Positions 37,705 to 64,000 of a stretch of DNA of 64,000 nt are shown here, piece by piece (the first letter of the stretch is position 1; each line of letters begins with the position of its first letter). The notes beneath the pieces were generated by a model, which ran no database searches, had not been told where the DNA came from, and saw nothing but the letters and a program-made list of their open reading frames with translations. The DNA lies in assembly GCA_000165345.1 (NCBI GenBank), contig CM000434.1, forward strand, positions 64,001 to 128,000. Direction: 5' to 3'. The position numbers and the translations under genes were made by a program.

Positions 37705-39758
37705 TTATTTATTAATTGATAGTGAATTAATGATTTCATCCAGTTTAATATGGAAATTTCTTGCTGATTTAATAGTCTCTAATATAGGTAAACATATACT
37801 TCTTATAGTATTTGAAGATTGTCCAAATGTACTTAATGAAGATGCTGAGATATTTTTATTATCATGCACAAGTAATTCAATATTATGAGTAATTTTATTT
37901 AATGATTCAATAGTTTTTCTTCTTTCATCATTATCTTTTGGAGATAATGATAATCCCCAAAAGTACTTTAATAATTCAATAGCTTGTATATGTTCTTGTT
38001 GTATTTGTTGCATCCAAATAGGCTTTTCTTCTTTAATTTGATCGATATTATTATCAGATTGATTATTTTGTAATTCAAAAAGAATTTGATTTTTAGAATC
38101 AATTTCATTACTTTTTTTTTGTATTAAATTATTTTTATTAAACAATCCAAGTTGATTAATTTGTTCATGTTGTATTTGTTTTGTACAGTTTAATAATACA
38201 TTCCTGGAAATTGGATTATTAAATAAAGAATCATGGTCATTCTTATTATTTTTATTTGTTTTATTAAAATTGAATTTAACTCTTCGAGTATTATTATTAT
38301 TATTATCTTCTTCTTCTTTTTTCATATTAACATCTAATTTATTTCTGGATGATGAGAAAAAATTAACAGGATTAATATCCAAAAGTTGACTATTACTATT
38401 TGCATTGCTTGGATGTTGTTTAGTTTGTAAATAATTTTGTGAATATTCAAAATCCAATTCATTTTGTCTATTAAATACTGCATTATTACCAGAATTCGTA
38501 AATTCAAGAATTTTAGCTCCATGACAATTAAATCTTTCAAAGAATCCTGTATTAATATTTGCACTTTTTTCAGATGCAATATTTAAATCATTATCAATTA
38601 ATGTACCATATCCTATTTTTTTATAAGTATCATTATTTAATAGATTGATTTCAGAACTAACATAATTTCCAAGTAATTCACTTATTCCATTTGTTTGGTT
38701 ACCATTATTATCATTATTATTACTACTACTATTAAGTGTATTCAACTCATATAATAATTCTTCTCCTTTAGGAATCTCACCAATCATTAATGTATCACTA
38801 TTATTAGGTACCGTAGTTCCGTGCCCAAGTATATCAAAAAATAATGGTGATTGTATAATACGATTCCAAAATTCTTCTTCTGTCAAACGATGTGGAACGT
38901 ATTTCTTTAATTTTTGTTTTAATTGATGGCATTTCTTCAAGAATTGACTTTAAATCATCGGCAGTAATTGTTACATCAATACCTCCAGAATTTGTGATAC
39001 TAACTTTTGGTGGCCTTTTCAAAAAAAAATCAGAATTTTCAACTCCTTTTTCTTGTGTTTTTGATAAAAGTATATCTTGATGATGCATTTGAATAAAAGA
39101 TTCTAAAGACATACTTCCTGTAAGCACTAAACTCTTATAAATTTGATCCAATTCAGGCTTATATCGTAATAATTGATTCAAATCATCGTATATAGAGTGA
39201 CTTTCCTTTTGGCTTAACTTTTTTTTCAATGACTATTCTTTTATTGACATTTTTCTCAACTTTATTAAATTCTAATATTTTATTTTCAATTGAATTAGAG
39301 TTTTCAGATTGTTTTTTTTCTTTAAGCTCTNGAAGTTTTNTATATCTTTCAATAGCTTTACTATGGCAATCTGATATTAATTGTAAAAAATTGTTAAAAT
39401 CATCATTTGAATTTAATGTAAGATTGATATCGATAAATAAGTTAGAATTAACTTTGTCTTTAATCTCTTTATTTTCAAATCTTAATCCAACAAGACGTTT
39501 ATCGTCTCTTTTTCTATGTGCATATAGATTCTGCCATAATTCTACAACAAAATCATTTGCCAAATTTAAATTATTTTTACTTGAACTAACTTCATCATTA
39601 TAATTTAAATTATTATCAGTTTCTGAAATAATTTTNGAATAACTTTCTTTTAAAATACTAATACTTTCGAATGGTTGACCTTTAACCTTATCAGAAATCC
39701 ATATTATATTATTTCTCGTAACATATAAAATACCTGGATTCTTTTTTAAATATAACAT
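37705..39758 (-). CDS. General transcription factor IIH subunit p62 (Tfb1/GTF2H1)-like. Supplied ORFs 39183..39758, 38834..39229 and 37705..38940 are one gene with two apparent frameshifts
   Basis: ATG 39758. The N-terminus resembles the p62 PH-like domain (YLMAERIAWAPEGKDRFT… versus LYVTRNNIIWISDKVKGQPFE…). First BSD region: LDQIYKSLVLTGSMSLESFIQ versus [20 protein letters not shown]. Second BSD: YVPHRLTEEEFWNRIIQSPLF versus [21 protein letters not shown]. Frame changes occur in an A8 homopolymer at about 39200 and near 38900-38935 without GT…AG introns. n's at 39331-39340 and 39636 point to sequence errors. Confidence 0.6.
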
Positions 39759-39883
39759 TTAAAAATTTTGATAAAATATCATCTTCTTTTAAAGGAATAT
39801 TCTAATTTTTCCATGAAATTAAAAATAATAAAAGAAGAAATTTATATTGTGTGTATTCAGTAATTTATTATTATTATTAATTT

Positions 39884-39980
39884 TATGTGGATTTTTTTTT
39901 TGTATACCGGTATAGAGTTTTATTAGCATTAAAATTTGACACGTAATAATTACGTCATAATTTTTTTTTAAGACCGGCAA
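39884..39980. promoter_or_regulatory. Motif cluster upstream of the TFIIH-p62 gene: TATGTGGA, ATACCGGTATAGAG, ACACGTAATAATTACGTCAT, GACCGGC
   Basis: 39884-39891, 39904-39917, 39939-39958, 39972-39978. It is about 130-220 bp upstream of ATG 39758 (minus strand). Confidence 0.35.
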
Positions 39981-40152
39981 TTGCATTTAAATAAAAAAAT
40001 TAATAGTAAACTATCGTATATCGNANTCNCTACCAAACAAAAAAAAAAAAATTATAGAATGAAATAACCAATTAAATAAAAGAATTTAAATTAATTATAT
40101 ATTACAATAATAATTTTTAAAAGAAAAATTTAAGAACAAATTTCCAAATTTT

Positions 40153-41744
40153 TTATTTGCTCTTCTTTTCCAGTAAAGATTCTGATGAGTTCAAATCTTG
40201 AACTTTCCATTCATTTGAATTAAAGTTTTCAATTCTGCGAATCATTGATGGGAAAATAAATAAAGTTGCAATCACACCAAAAATAAAACAAAATAAATAT
40301 TGTATAAAGAAAGAGTCAACTTTGCATGGATTTCCAATTAATAAAAGAAAATAATTGGAAAATTTGCTGTAATCAATTGGATTTTCATTTAATTCACAGT
40401 ATTTATAGTTTGTATAATCCAAAAGCCATAAACTAAGACTTTTTGGCCATTTATATCCTNAATTCGTTTANTAGNATCTCGAGNTNAGGCTAGATGTANG
40501 TTCCAGCAANTCTGTANANCAGAAATTAAATTAAAAAGAGTCATAAATATAAGTGATTGTGAATCACATAAAATTGATGAACAAATTGAAAGAGCCAAAT
40601 AAGTATAGTAAAACAAATTTGGTGTATCTGCAACTTCTTCTGTGTTTATCCATGGCTTATATATTATTCTAGACCATATTAATAACAAACAAAAAAATAA
40701 TGACAGTATTAATTTTAATGGTAATATTATAGTTAGAAATTTAAGTGGGGATTTTCCTTTGTAAACAAATTTAGTCATAATAAACGGAGTAATAAAACTG
40801 AATGGAATCAAGATTGGTCCAATAAGCATAATTTCACTCTTTTTCATACCAAATTCCATTAATTTAAATTCCAAAGATGAATCTGTTATTGCTGATGGTA
40901 TCCTAATAATAAAGAGCAAAATTATTAGTGAAATAACTGGTTTTAATGTTAAAATTTTATATAGAAGAGAATAAGCTTCTTTAATAGTAAGCTCAGCTTC
41001 TTGATCCTCTTGAGCAGCATCATCATCTTTTTTATTATCTATTACGTTTGTGTAAGAGTTATCTTCTTTTTTAAGTATTCCAGTAATTATAGTAACCAAT
41101 AATATAACTACACCCCAGAAATAGATAAATTGACTCATTTTACAAATTGGCTTGTCAACAATTTCTAATCCAAGTAAAGGACGAACATATTTATTACATA
41201 CTTTTGGATCATTTAAGAATAAAAATCCCAAATAAGACGTAATGTGTCCAAAAGATTGACCAATTATATTACAAGTTGATGCTAAACTTTTATGCTGAGG
41301 AGAAAGTAAATTTACTGCCCAAGCATCAACTGCAATATCTTGAGTAGCCATTAAAAAGTATAATGTTGAAAAATATATTGTTAATAAAGTAACGTTTGGT
41401 GATAATTTCTCCGTTAAATTTGATATACCTACTTCCTCACATAACCAAGTTGGAAGAAATGGGCTATAACTACCAATAATCATCAAAATACTACACACAA
41501 GTTGAGTTGGAATAATCCATGTTTTTCTTCTTCCCATCTTTTCTATATAAACTGAATCTACCAAAGGAGCCCAAAGTAATTTAAGTGAGAAAGGAAGTAC
41601 AACCATTCCAAACATACTCTGTTCTGTATATGATATTTTACCTTGTAAAAGAAATGGAATGGAATAACTAATGCCCATAGGAAGACCTTGAATTGTATAT
41701 AATATTAAAAGATAAAAAATATTTAAACATTCCAGAAGATCCAT
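40153..41744 (-). CDS. Acetyl-CoA transporter (SLC33A1/AT-1 family) multi-pass membrane protein; C-terminal part out of frame because of n's at 40455-40510
   Basis: ATG 41744. N-terminal blocks GLPMGISYSIPFLLQGK, FSLKLLWAPLVDSVY and GRRKTWIIPTQ match the acetyl-CoA transporter family signature (GLPLGL…SIPFLL…FS.K.LWSPxVDS…GRRKSWxxP.Q). More than 10 hydrophobic helices. ORF 40153..40422 continues the hydrophobic protein beyond the ambiguous bases. Confidence 0.65.
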
Positions 41745-42087
41745 TTTTGAACAAGTTTTTTTTCTTCTATAAATTAATTATATTATTAATTAAAATAAAA
41801 AAGTACAAAATTTAAAAGAATAATTCTCAAAGTATTTCGTTAATACCAATTTTAATTTCTAAAATACAAAACAATGTATATATATATTAATTAATATTAC
41901 TATACGATGGTGAAAATAATCATATAATCCATCCAAATACGATAATCAATATTTCCAATATTTTATAATGGAAAATCAACACAAAGAATTTCAATAATTA
42001 AATTTGATCTCTATGACTGAATTTAATAAATTAATTAACTTCATACTATATTACTTAAAAGTCTAATAGAATAAATCAAATCAACAG

Positions 42088-42110
42088 TTTTGGCGGTAAA
42101 TTTGCCCACA
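42088..42110. promoter_or_regulatory. E2F-like site TTTTGGCGG(T) plus TTTGCCCACA in the divergent promoter between the acetyl-CoA transporter gene and the POLD3-like gene
   Basis: ttttggcggtaaatttgcccaca read at 42088-42110. POLD3 is a classical E2F target in other eukaryotes. Confidence 0.3.
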
Positions 42111-42403
42111 TCATTAAAAGTAAGGTGCGAGAAAATTAAAGGATTGTAAGGAAGTAAAAAAAAAATATATATTATTTCTCATAATACAGTTATAAATTGA
42201 TGGATTTGAGTTTGAAATATACTTTGTTTAAGATAAAGTTATGTTTTTAACTGGAATATAAGCAAAATATTTTAAATAAAAATTCAAAATTGTAAATATA
42301 AAAAATAAACATTGAGAATTTATTTATTTATATATACAAATATAAGTATAAGAAATTTAAAAAGAAAATATATAATTATATATGTGCATGTATATAGAAA
42401 AGA

Positions 42404-43630
42404 ATGTACAGAGAACAGTTTCAGATTTTGGAGGATCTTTTGAAAAATTCACAAACACAGCAAATATGGTCAATTTATAGTTTATGTAATCATAATTCAA
42501 AATTTGAGAATTTTGAAATTTGTAAAGATATTCTGAAGTTATTTGTAAAGTATATTTCAGAAGAGAAAAAAGATTTTGAAGGAGTAGAATTAGTATATTT
42601 GGTAATGGGAGATATTTCATCAAATGAAGTTGCATACAAATTGGTTTATGATTCAGATTTATCTTTAAATGAATTTGAAGTTTGTAAATCGAATATATAT
42701 GGATTGGCATCAAGAAAAAATAATGAGAATTCTCAAGAAAATATTAATTTGAAATCTAACTCATTGCAATTTCATATAGAATGTGATGATATATATAAGT
42801 CCATTAAAGCAAAGAATTCATTATCTGAAGAGTTATGGAATTCAAAATTTTCAAATATAGCTAACACAAAATCAAATTTGTCAAGAGAATCAAGTAATGT
42901 TAATTCTGTAAATTTAGACCAATCTGAAATAAAATCTAAGACTGAACCATATCCTATATTATTTAGTAGTAATAAAGATATAAATCAAAATAATAAGATA
43001 AATATTAACGAAAATGAAAATGAACAAGAAGATCAATGGAAAAAGAATGGTTATCTTAAGGAAAATGAAAATAATACTGATCCTTATCCTATGAAGAATG
43101 TGTTTGATAATGAAAAAAAAGTTATTTTATCAGAATCAAATAATAAAAAAGATTCTGATACTAGTATGAATGATAATATAACTAATTTATTTAAAGATGA
43201 AGAAAATGAAAATACAAATAGTATTGATGAATTTGTTCAAAATGAAGACGGTAAGTGTAAACCAACAAAAAGAAGAAAAACAAGTAAATCTAAAATATGT
43301 AATGATAATAATGATAATGAAAACAAGATAGATTTTGATCCATTGGAAGTTGAACCAATTATGCATAGTAAAGTAAAGAAAGAGAAAATGTATAAGGATG
43401 CTAAGACAGGTTATTTGGTTGTTGAAGATGATGTAGATTTTGTGATGGAAAAGGAAAATAGAATCACAAAATCAAGAGAAAAAGTTTCTCAAGAAAGCGA
43501 AATTCCATCAAAGAGATCAAACAAAACAAAAAAATCTCAAACTTCCAATATTAATTCTGGTACGAGTAAACAACAAACATTAAATTCTTTCTTTAAAATA
43601 GTAAAATCAACAAACAAAAATACTTTATAA
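42404..43630 (+). CDS. DNA polymerase delta subunit 3 (POLD3/Cdc27/Pol32)-like protein with C-terminal PIP box
   Basis: ATG 42404. The N-terminus aligns loosely with the POLD3 N-terminal domain (LYLENIDEFVTDQNKIVTYKWLSYTLGVH versus QFQILEDLLKNSQTQQIWSIYSLCNH). A basic KRRK patch is followed by KMYKDAKTGYLVVEDDV (compare KTYLDGEGCIVTEKV). The extreme C-terminus QQTLNSFFK is a canonical PCNA-binding QxxLxxFF motif. Confidence 0.5.
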   Translation: MYREQFQILEDLLKNSQTQQIWSIYSLCNHNSKFENFEICKDILKLFVKYISEEKKDFEGVELVYLVMGDISSNEVAYKLVYDSDLSLNEFEVCKSNIYGLASRKNNENSQENINLKSNSLQFHIECDDIYKSIKAKNSLSEELWNSKFSNIANTKSNLSRESSNVNSVNLDQSEIKSKTEPYPILFSSNKDINQNNKININENENEQEDQWKKNGYLKENENNTDPYPMKNVFDNEKKVILSESNNKKDSDTSMNDNITNLFKDEENENTNSIDEFVQNEDGKCKPTKRRKTSKSKICNDNNDNENKIDFDPLEVEPIMHSKVKKEKMYKDAKTGYLVVEDDVDFVMEKENRITKSREKVSQESEIPSKRSNKTKKSQTSNINSGTSKQQTLNSFFKIVKSTNKNTL

Positions 43631-43856
43631 AAAAAAATGTTAAATATATATATATATATATTTATATAATATTAATCAGAATATCAAAATCATTAATATA
43701 TTTAAAGTATAATGATTATGAATTCGAGAAAAAAAAACGAGAAGATTTTCAGTATATTTCATTTTATTATGTATTTCACTTGATTCCTTTTTTTTTTAAG
43801 TATAATTATTTTATCTTAATATTCCTTCAATAAGCATTTGGAGCAATTTCACAATA

Positions 43857-45170
<1,314 letters not shown>

Positions 45171-46012
45171 TTTACTTGGAATTTTTCTTTTATTATTGCT
45201 ATTTTAAAGTAATGGCGTATTTTTATGTTAAAAAAAAATAAAAAAGAAAGGTTTGGGTTAATAAATGTATTTATTAAATTATATTTGATTTCAAGTATTA
45301 ATATAAAAATTGGTTTGTTAATAATTCTTGGAAATGTATTAAGCTGAAGTGATTGACTTTATTTATATTAAACTTGTAGAAAGTCAGCTGTTCTAATTCT
45401 CACATTACTATCTCGAATAAAGAATTGAAAATTTATTGATTTTGATAATAAAAAAATAATTACAATAATAAATAATAAATTCTGTTAAAATTATTTATTA
45501 TCTTAAATCTTCTTTCTTAATTATAATCCTACAGTCCATAAAAAAAAAAAAAGGAAATAATCTTAATTTAGAGGCTAGTAATATATATGAAGTATTTGGA
45601 CATTGGCGCCAAAATTGCTTTTGATACTTTCGAGACATTTATTAAAATATTAAAGTATAAATTTAAAAAATTACGATAAATTGTTAGTAAATATAATTAT
45701 AAAGCATGATTTTAAAATTTAGATGTTTTTTTCTCAAATATAATGAAAGAAAAATCTTAAATTATAATTCATGAACAAATATGTAGTTACAAAGTCACTT
45801 ATTATACAATTTTATCTAGATTTATTAAAAAAATAAAATAAAAAAAGAATAAAATCTATCAAAAAAATGAGAATTTGTTTAATTATTTCAATTACTATAG
45901 TTATATAGAACTTTTTCACAATTTAAATTAATATGCATTAGTTTTTTATTCATAAAATATATTAATTGTATTATTATCATTTTTGATTATTAAATACGAA
46001 TTTTTGTTAATA

Positions 46013-46123
46013 TTACGTAATTATTTAATATTACCGGTATAGGGAAAACTTGCTACCATCATATTTATACACGTAATCAAATATATATTTTCTGTCCACA
46101 TCACTGCATGCATTACATGCAAA
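46013..46123. promoter_or_regulatory. Motif cluster in the divergent ZIP/PDE intergenic region: TTACGTAATT, TTACCGGTATAGGG, ACACGTAAT, TGTCCACATCA (reverse complement of CATGTGGACA-like), TGCATGCATTACATGCAAA
   Basis: 46013-46022, 46030-46043, 46069-46077, 46093-46103, 46105-46123. Confidence 0.35.
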
Positions 46124-46392
46124 TAATTTAAAAGTGAATAGCAAAAATGAATGATTTTGTTTGATTTAAAAATAAAACAAAATAAACTAAATTAAAATTC
46201 AAGAATTAATAATTCAAGATGACAATACTAAAATAAAATTTTAATATTACTTATTGCATTCATCAAAAGATCAATGCGGCATGAAATACTAAAATAAAAG
46301 TTTAGTTAAGAAATGGGAAAAATAATTTAATTTTTGCCAGATTTATATTTTAAAGAAAAAAAAAAATCATTAAACTAAATTTAAATAAATAA

Positions 46393-46427
<35 letters not shown>

Positions 46428-46572
46428 ATGTAATAATATTAATAATTATTTAATTATTAATAAAAAGATGAAGGCGCTTCATAATTTCATATCAATATAA
46501 AGCAACTATTTAAGCGCGGAAGTTCCAAATACTAATAATGGGGAATTTACAAGAGAATTGTGAGTAGACTTG

Positions 46573-46599
46573 AAAAAAAAAAAAAAAAAAAAAAAAAAA
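46573..46599. repeat. poly(A) run (27 nt) immediately followed by GCATGCAAAAG
   Basis: Read directly. It lies in the long intergenic region upstream of the PDE gene. Confidence 0.85.
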
Positions 46600-47055
46600 G
46601 CATGCAAAAGTGAATAGCATTGTGGGTAGAAATCAAAGATTCAAATTTCTTTTTTTTTTCTTTAATACAATAAAGAAGAAAACAAATTATATGGATAATA
46701 GTTCTTCTCTTTTTTAAATGTGTAATATATAGTAACAATTAAAGAAAAAAGGATTGTCATGAAAACTAATTTTGATAAAATTTATTTTTAAAGGCCAGAT
46801 TTTTATGGGAAGCAATTTTATTAAACAAAAAAAAAAAAATATATATATATATATATTATGTATGTATATATATATATATATACGTAATTAATAAGTTAAA
46901 ATAATCTTATGTAATAAAATAGAAAGGAAAGAAATATTGAAATTATTTTTTTTTTTTCTCTGAAGACAAATTCAGACATTAAATTAAAAAGATATTTTAT
47001 ATAAATTAATGGTAAATATTGTTTGAATAAAATAATTTTGTCCATAAATGAAAAA

Positions 47056-52959
<5,904 letters not shown>

Positions 52960-52994
52960 TTTTTAGAGTTGAAATATTTATTATTTGTTTTTTA

Positions 52995-53356
52995 TTTTCC
53001 TCTTCCTCCTTTACCTTCCTCTTCTCTTTCCTATTTCTCTTCTTTTTTTTTCTACTTCTCTTTTTTTTTCTACTTTTCTTTTTTTCCTCTGTTTCTTATC
53101 TCTCCTCCCTTTTCCTATTTCTCCTCTTTTTTTCCTCTGTTTCCTATCTCTCCTCCCTTTTCCTACTTCTCTTTTTTTCCTCTGTTTCCTATCTCTCCTC
53201 CCTTTTTCTATTCCTCCTCTCTTTTTCCCCTCTCTTTTCCTATTTCTCTTCTTTTTTTTCTTTATTTCCTTTTTCCCCTCTCTCTTTCCTCTCTTTCTCC
53301 TCCCTTTTCCTTTTTTTCATATTTCTCCTCCATTTGCCTCTTTTTCCCCTCTCTAT
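52995..53356. repeat. About 360-bp polypyrimidine (C+T on the + strand) tract with internal tandem units of about 48 nt
   Basis: Almost no purines on the + strand. Units like cctctgtttcctatctctcctcccttttcctaYttctc are repeated about 3 times between about 53085 and 53225. Lies between the convergent 3' ends of the PDE gene and ykt6. The two ORFs listed here are low-complexity artefacts. Confidence 0.8.
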
Positions 53357-53366
53357 ATCAAGTTGC

Positions 53367-54044
53367 TCAATACAATTGACAACATTGATTATTTTTTTTA
53401 GCACTTCTATAAAATTGATAAGAAGCAGCACTCAAATCAGAACTTTTTTGCATTAAAGTATCCAAAGTTTCACCACGATGAAGTAAATCTTCAATATTTT
53501 TAAGCATAACATCTCTAACTTCATCTAAATCTTTTTGTACTTTAAAAATTTTATCATTATTAAGTGGATCTTGATATTTTTTAAAAATTTCATCACATTC
53601 AGGAATTGATTCATTTTGATCTTTAGTAATAATATTACTAGCAATACTATTGTTATTATTATTACTATTATTATTATTAGTAGTAGTAGTAAAATCTGAA
53701 GAAAATAATACATCATGATTTTTAGAAGAATCTATATATGTTTTTAAATATTCATTTAATAATGAAAAAGCACATCTTACAGGATAATCTGGACTTGTAA
53801 TACAACATATACCTAAACCATTATTTGATATATATATATGGCAATGTCCAATATCTTGTGGAAAAGTTACTGTAACTCTATTTCCTTGTTGTACTCTTGA
53901 ACATAATAATCTACTATGAAAAGCTATATGTTCTTGTATTGTTTTTCTTTGAAAGAAATTATAATCTTGTAAATTATAATTACTTGTTAATAATATTGGA
54001 TGTTCTTTATCCCACTTATAAAGTAATACACTTAGTAATTTCAT
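53367..54044 (-). CDS. ykt6: R-SNARE Ykt6 (longin domain, SNARE motif, C-terminal CCxxx lipidation motif)
   Basis: ATG 54044. MKLLSVLLYKWDKEHPILLTSNYNLQDYNFFQRKTIQE… closely parallels Ykt6 (MKLYSLSVLYKG…VLLKAAYDVSSFSFFQRSSVQEF). SNARE heptads (VQKDLDEVRDVMLKNIEDLLHRGETLDTLMQKSSDLSAASYQF). Ends …KKNNQCCQLY, comparable to the Ykt6 CCAIM prenyl/palmitoyl motif. Contains an Asn-rich insertion. Confidence 0.8.
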   Translation of the reverse strand: MKLLSVLLYKWDKEHPILLTSNYNLQDYNFFQRKTIQEHIAFHSRLLCSRVQQGNRVTVTFPQDIGHCHIYISNNGLGICCITSPDYPVRCAFSLLNEYLKTYIDSSKNHDVLFSSDFTTTTNNNNSNNNNNSIASNIITKDQNESIPECDEIFKKYQDPLNNDKIFKVQKDLDEVRDVMLKNIEDLLHRGETLDTLMQKSSDLSAASYQFYRSAKKNNQCCQLY

Positions 54045-54133
54045 CTTTTTCTATTATTTTTATTATTAATATTATTGTTATTATATTATTGTTGTTATTA
54101 TTAATATTAAATCTTTTTTAATTATTATTAGTA

Positions 54134-54186
<53 letters not shown>

Positions 54187-55489
54187 GAATATTATATTAG
54201 AAATATTACTTTAATAAAAATTTGTTCTTTTTGTTTTGTTTTGTTTTTTTTTTTTTAAAGCCTTGTTATCCTCCTTGACAAACGAATTACAAAAAAAAAA
54301 AAAAGTTAATTTAAAGATGTTTTTTTTTTTTGTTTAATTTTTTTTTATTTACCGGAAACCCCTATTAATATTAAATAAAAATTAATATGATGCACAAACT
54401 TGCCCGCCTAAATGTGGCGCCGAAAGGCACAATACGGTACATGCGAAATTATCAGTATATAAATAATAATATTTGTGCAATTTAAAGGTATCGTAAATTA
54501 TGAATGAGGAAATAAATAAAAATGTAATTTTTTTTTTTTAAATTATAAATATTATAATGGGTAACGTCTAATTAAATAGTCAGATCTGATTTTTAGATTA
54601 TGCAATTATAATTAATTACTTGTAAATAATATGTATAAATAAATAAATAAATAAATAAATATATATATATATATATATAAATACATAATATATTTACATA
54701 CAATATTATATATATGTAATGCAATATAAACATTTTTTTATAATATATATATTACATATACATTTATGTAAATGTGTATAATATAAATATTAATAAAAGT
54801 TGATTTCTTTTTTTCCTTTATAATTAATGTGCATAAAATAACAGAGAAAAAAAAAATAGACAAATAAATTACATGAATTCCAATAAAATATATTAAAAAG
54901 TTGGAAATTAATTGATTAATAAAATTTTGGATTAAGACGGAAAATAATAAAGGCGAAGATTATTAATTATTTATATATACAATAATAATATTAATTATTA
55001 TTGTTGATATTATTAACATTACTACGAATAATTAATTGAATTAGTCAGAAATTTAATAATCAAGAAATAACAAATCAATTCATCTTTAATTTAAAATCAA
55101 CTCATCAAAGATTATATTTGGAAAAATTTTGGATTATTTTTAATATTTTTTTTACTATTATTAGTACATTAATATTATTTTCTAATTTATTATTATTCAA
55201 AATTATTATTATTATTACTATTATTACTATTATATAATAATAATATTAATTATTATTATTATTATTATTATTATTAATATATTATCACTTGGCAAAGTTT
55301 ATTATATCAGGAAAGATAAAAACTTGACTAATTTAGATTTTAGAGTTATTGGGAATTAAACTTGAAAATGAAATTTAATCTTTAATTTATATATTAAAGC
55401 TTCATTAATATATATTATGTATATAAAAAAAAAATAATAAAGATTTTATAATCCAAGACCAATTATTAAGTTGAGTTAAGTTCATTCAA

Positions 55490-55577
55490 ATCAAATCAAG
55501 TCAAGTCAAATCCAAGTAAGTCAAATCCAAGTAAGTCAAATCCAAGCAAGTCAAATCTAAGTAAGTGAAATTAAGTC
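55490..55577 (+). repeat. Tandem 15-nt repeat (AAGTCAAATCCAAGT, about 5 units, the last ones degenerate) about 110-190 bp upstream of the kinase ATG
   Basis: Units at 55503-55517, 55518-55532, 55533-55547, 55548-55562 and 55563-55577. Each unit contains a canonical GTAAGT 5'-splice-site hexamer. Confidence 0.85.
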
Positions 55578-55686
55578 AATACAAAGTTTCTTTTCATTCT
55601 TTTTTTTCTTTTATAATAATTTTGTTTTGTAAAATCAAATTATATTATTGATATTTATTACTTATCAAAAGAAAAGTAATCATCTG

Positions 55687-58998
<3,312 letters not shown>

Positions 58999-59306
58999 TT
59001 CTTCCATATTATATTGAGAATGTAATATGATGGTATCTTAATGGTATCGTAATGGTAAATTAAGCTTGGTATTCTTTTATTTATTTATTTATTTATTTAT
59101 TTATTAATATAATATATGGGATGATGGTTTTATTAATAAATTTGAATTTCTACTATTAAAATATTCAAATCACTTTGTTATTTTTTTTGGGTACATATTA
59201 AATTTTTGATAGGAATATATATTACCTTCAACTTTATTGCCACAATTGTTAATGTAATTTGTTATTAATGGCATTGAAAATTTAGTATTAGAACTATGTT
59301 AGTAAA

Positions 59307-64000
<4,694 letters not shown>

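Noticed and set aside
52969-53401. ORFs 52969..53379 and 52985..53401 encoding Phe/Ser/Leu/Pro-rich 'proteins', and the minus-strand ORF 53240..53431
   Set aside because: They are frames through the polypyrimidine CT tract. They are low-complexity, have no start context and overlap one another, so they are artefacts.

Overview
The window is gene-dense, very AT-rich eukaryotic nuclear DNA, most likely from a dictyostelid social amoeba (Dictyostelium-like).

Evidence for that: about 75-80% AT overall, with intergenic regions above 85% AT. Introns are short, AT-rich, start with GTAAGT/GTATGT and end with (T)AG. Proteins carry poly-Asn/Gln/Ser runs and (CAA)n/(AAT)n coding microsatellites. The genetic code is standard. 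It is not a prokaryotic locus, so there are no operons, CRISPR arrays or defence islands. I found no rRNA, no tRNA (no GGTTCGANTCC-type T-loops) and no recognisable transposon.

Most supplied ORFs that begin with an apparent 'M' use TTG. I moved starts to the first in-frame ATG where one exists.

I can support about 25 protein-coding genes on both strands, many with 1-4 short introns worked out by hand:
- DGAT2-family acyltransferase
- coatomer beta (copB)
- NIPA-like Mg2+ transporter
- WBP2-like GRAM protein
- Hikeshi
- Fip1 and PABPN1, divergently paired
- a degenerate PP2C
- TFIIH p62
- acetyl-CoA transporter (SLC33A1-like)
- POLD3-like protein with a C-terminal PIP box
- ZIP zinc transporter
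- a 1978-aa class-I cyclic-nucleotide phosphodiesterase with GAF-like domains
- the SNARE Ykt6
- a CAMK-like kinase
- a GCN2-architecture protein that runs off the window

A 2.5-kb assembly gap of Ns lies at 21983-24480. Low-quality stretches with scattered n's cause apparent frameshifts in several genes.

The most interesting non-coding signal is a recurrent GC-containing motif set found in at least seven promoter-type intergenic regions: CACGTAAT/TTACGTCA, ATACCGGT(ATAG), CATGTGGA(C)A and TGCATGCAAA. There are also many E2F-like TTTSGCGCS sites. All identifications rest on my reading of the translated sequence against remembered family signatures. No database search was run.
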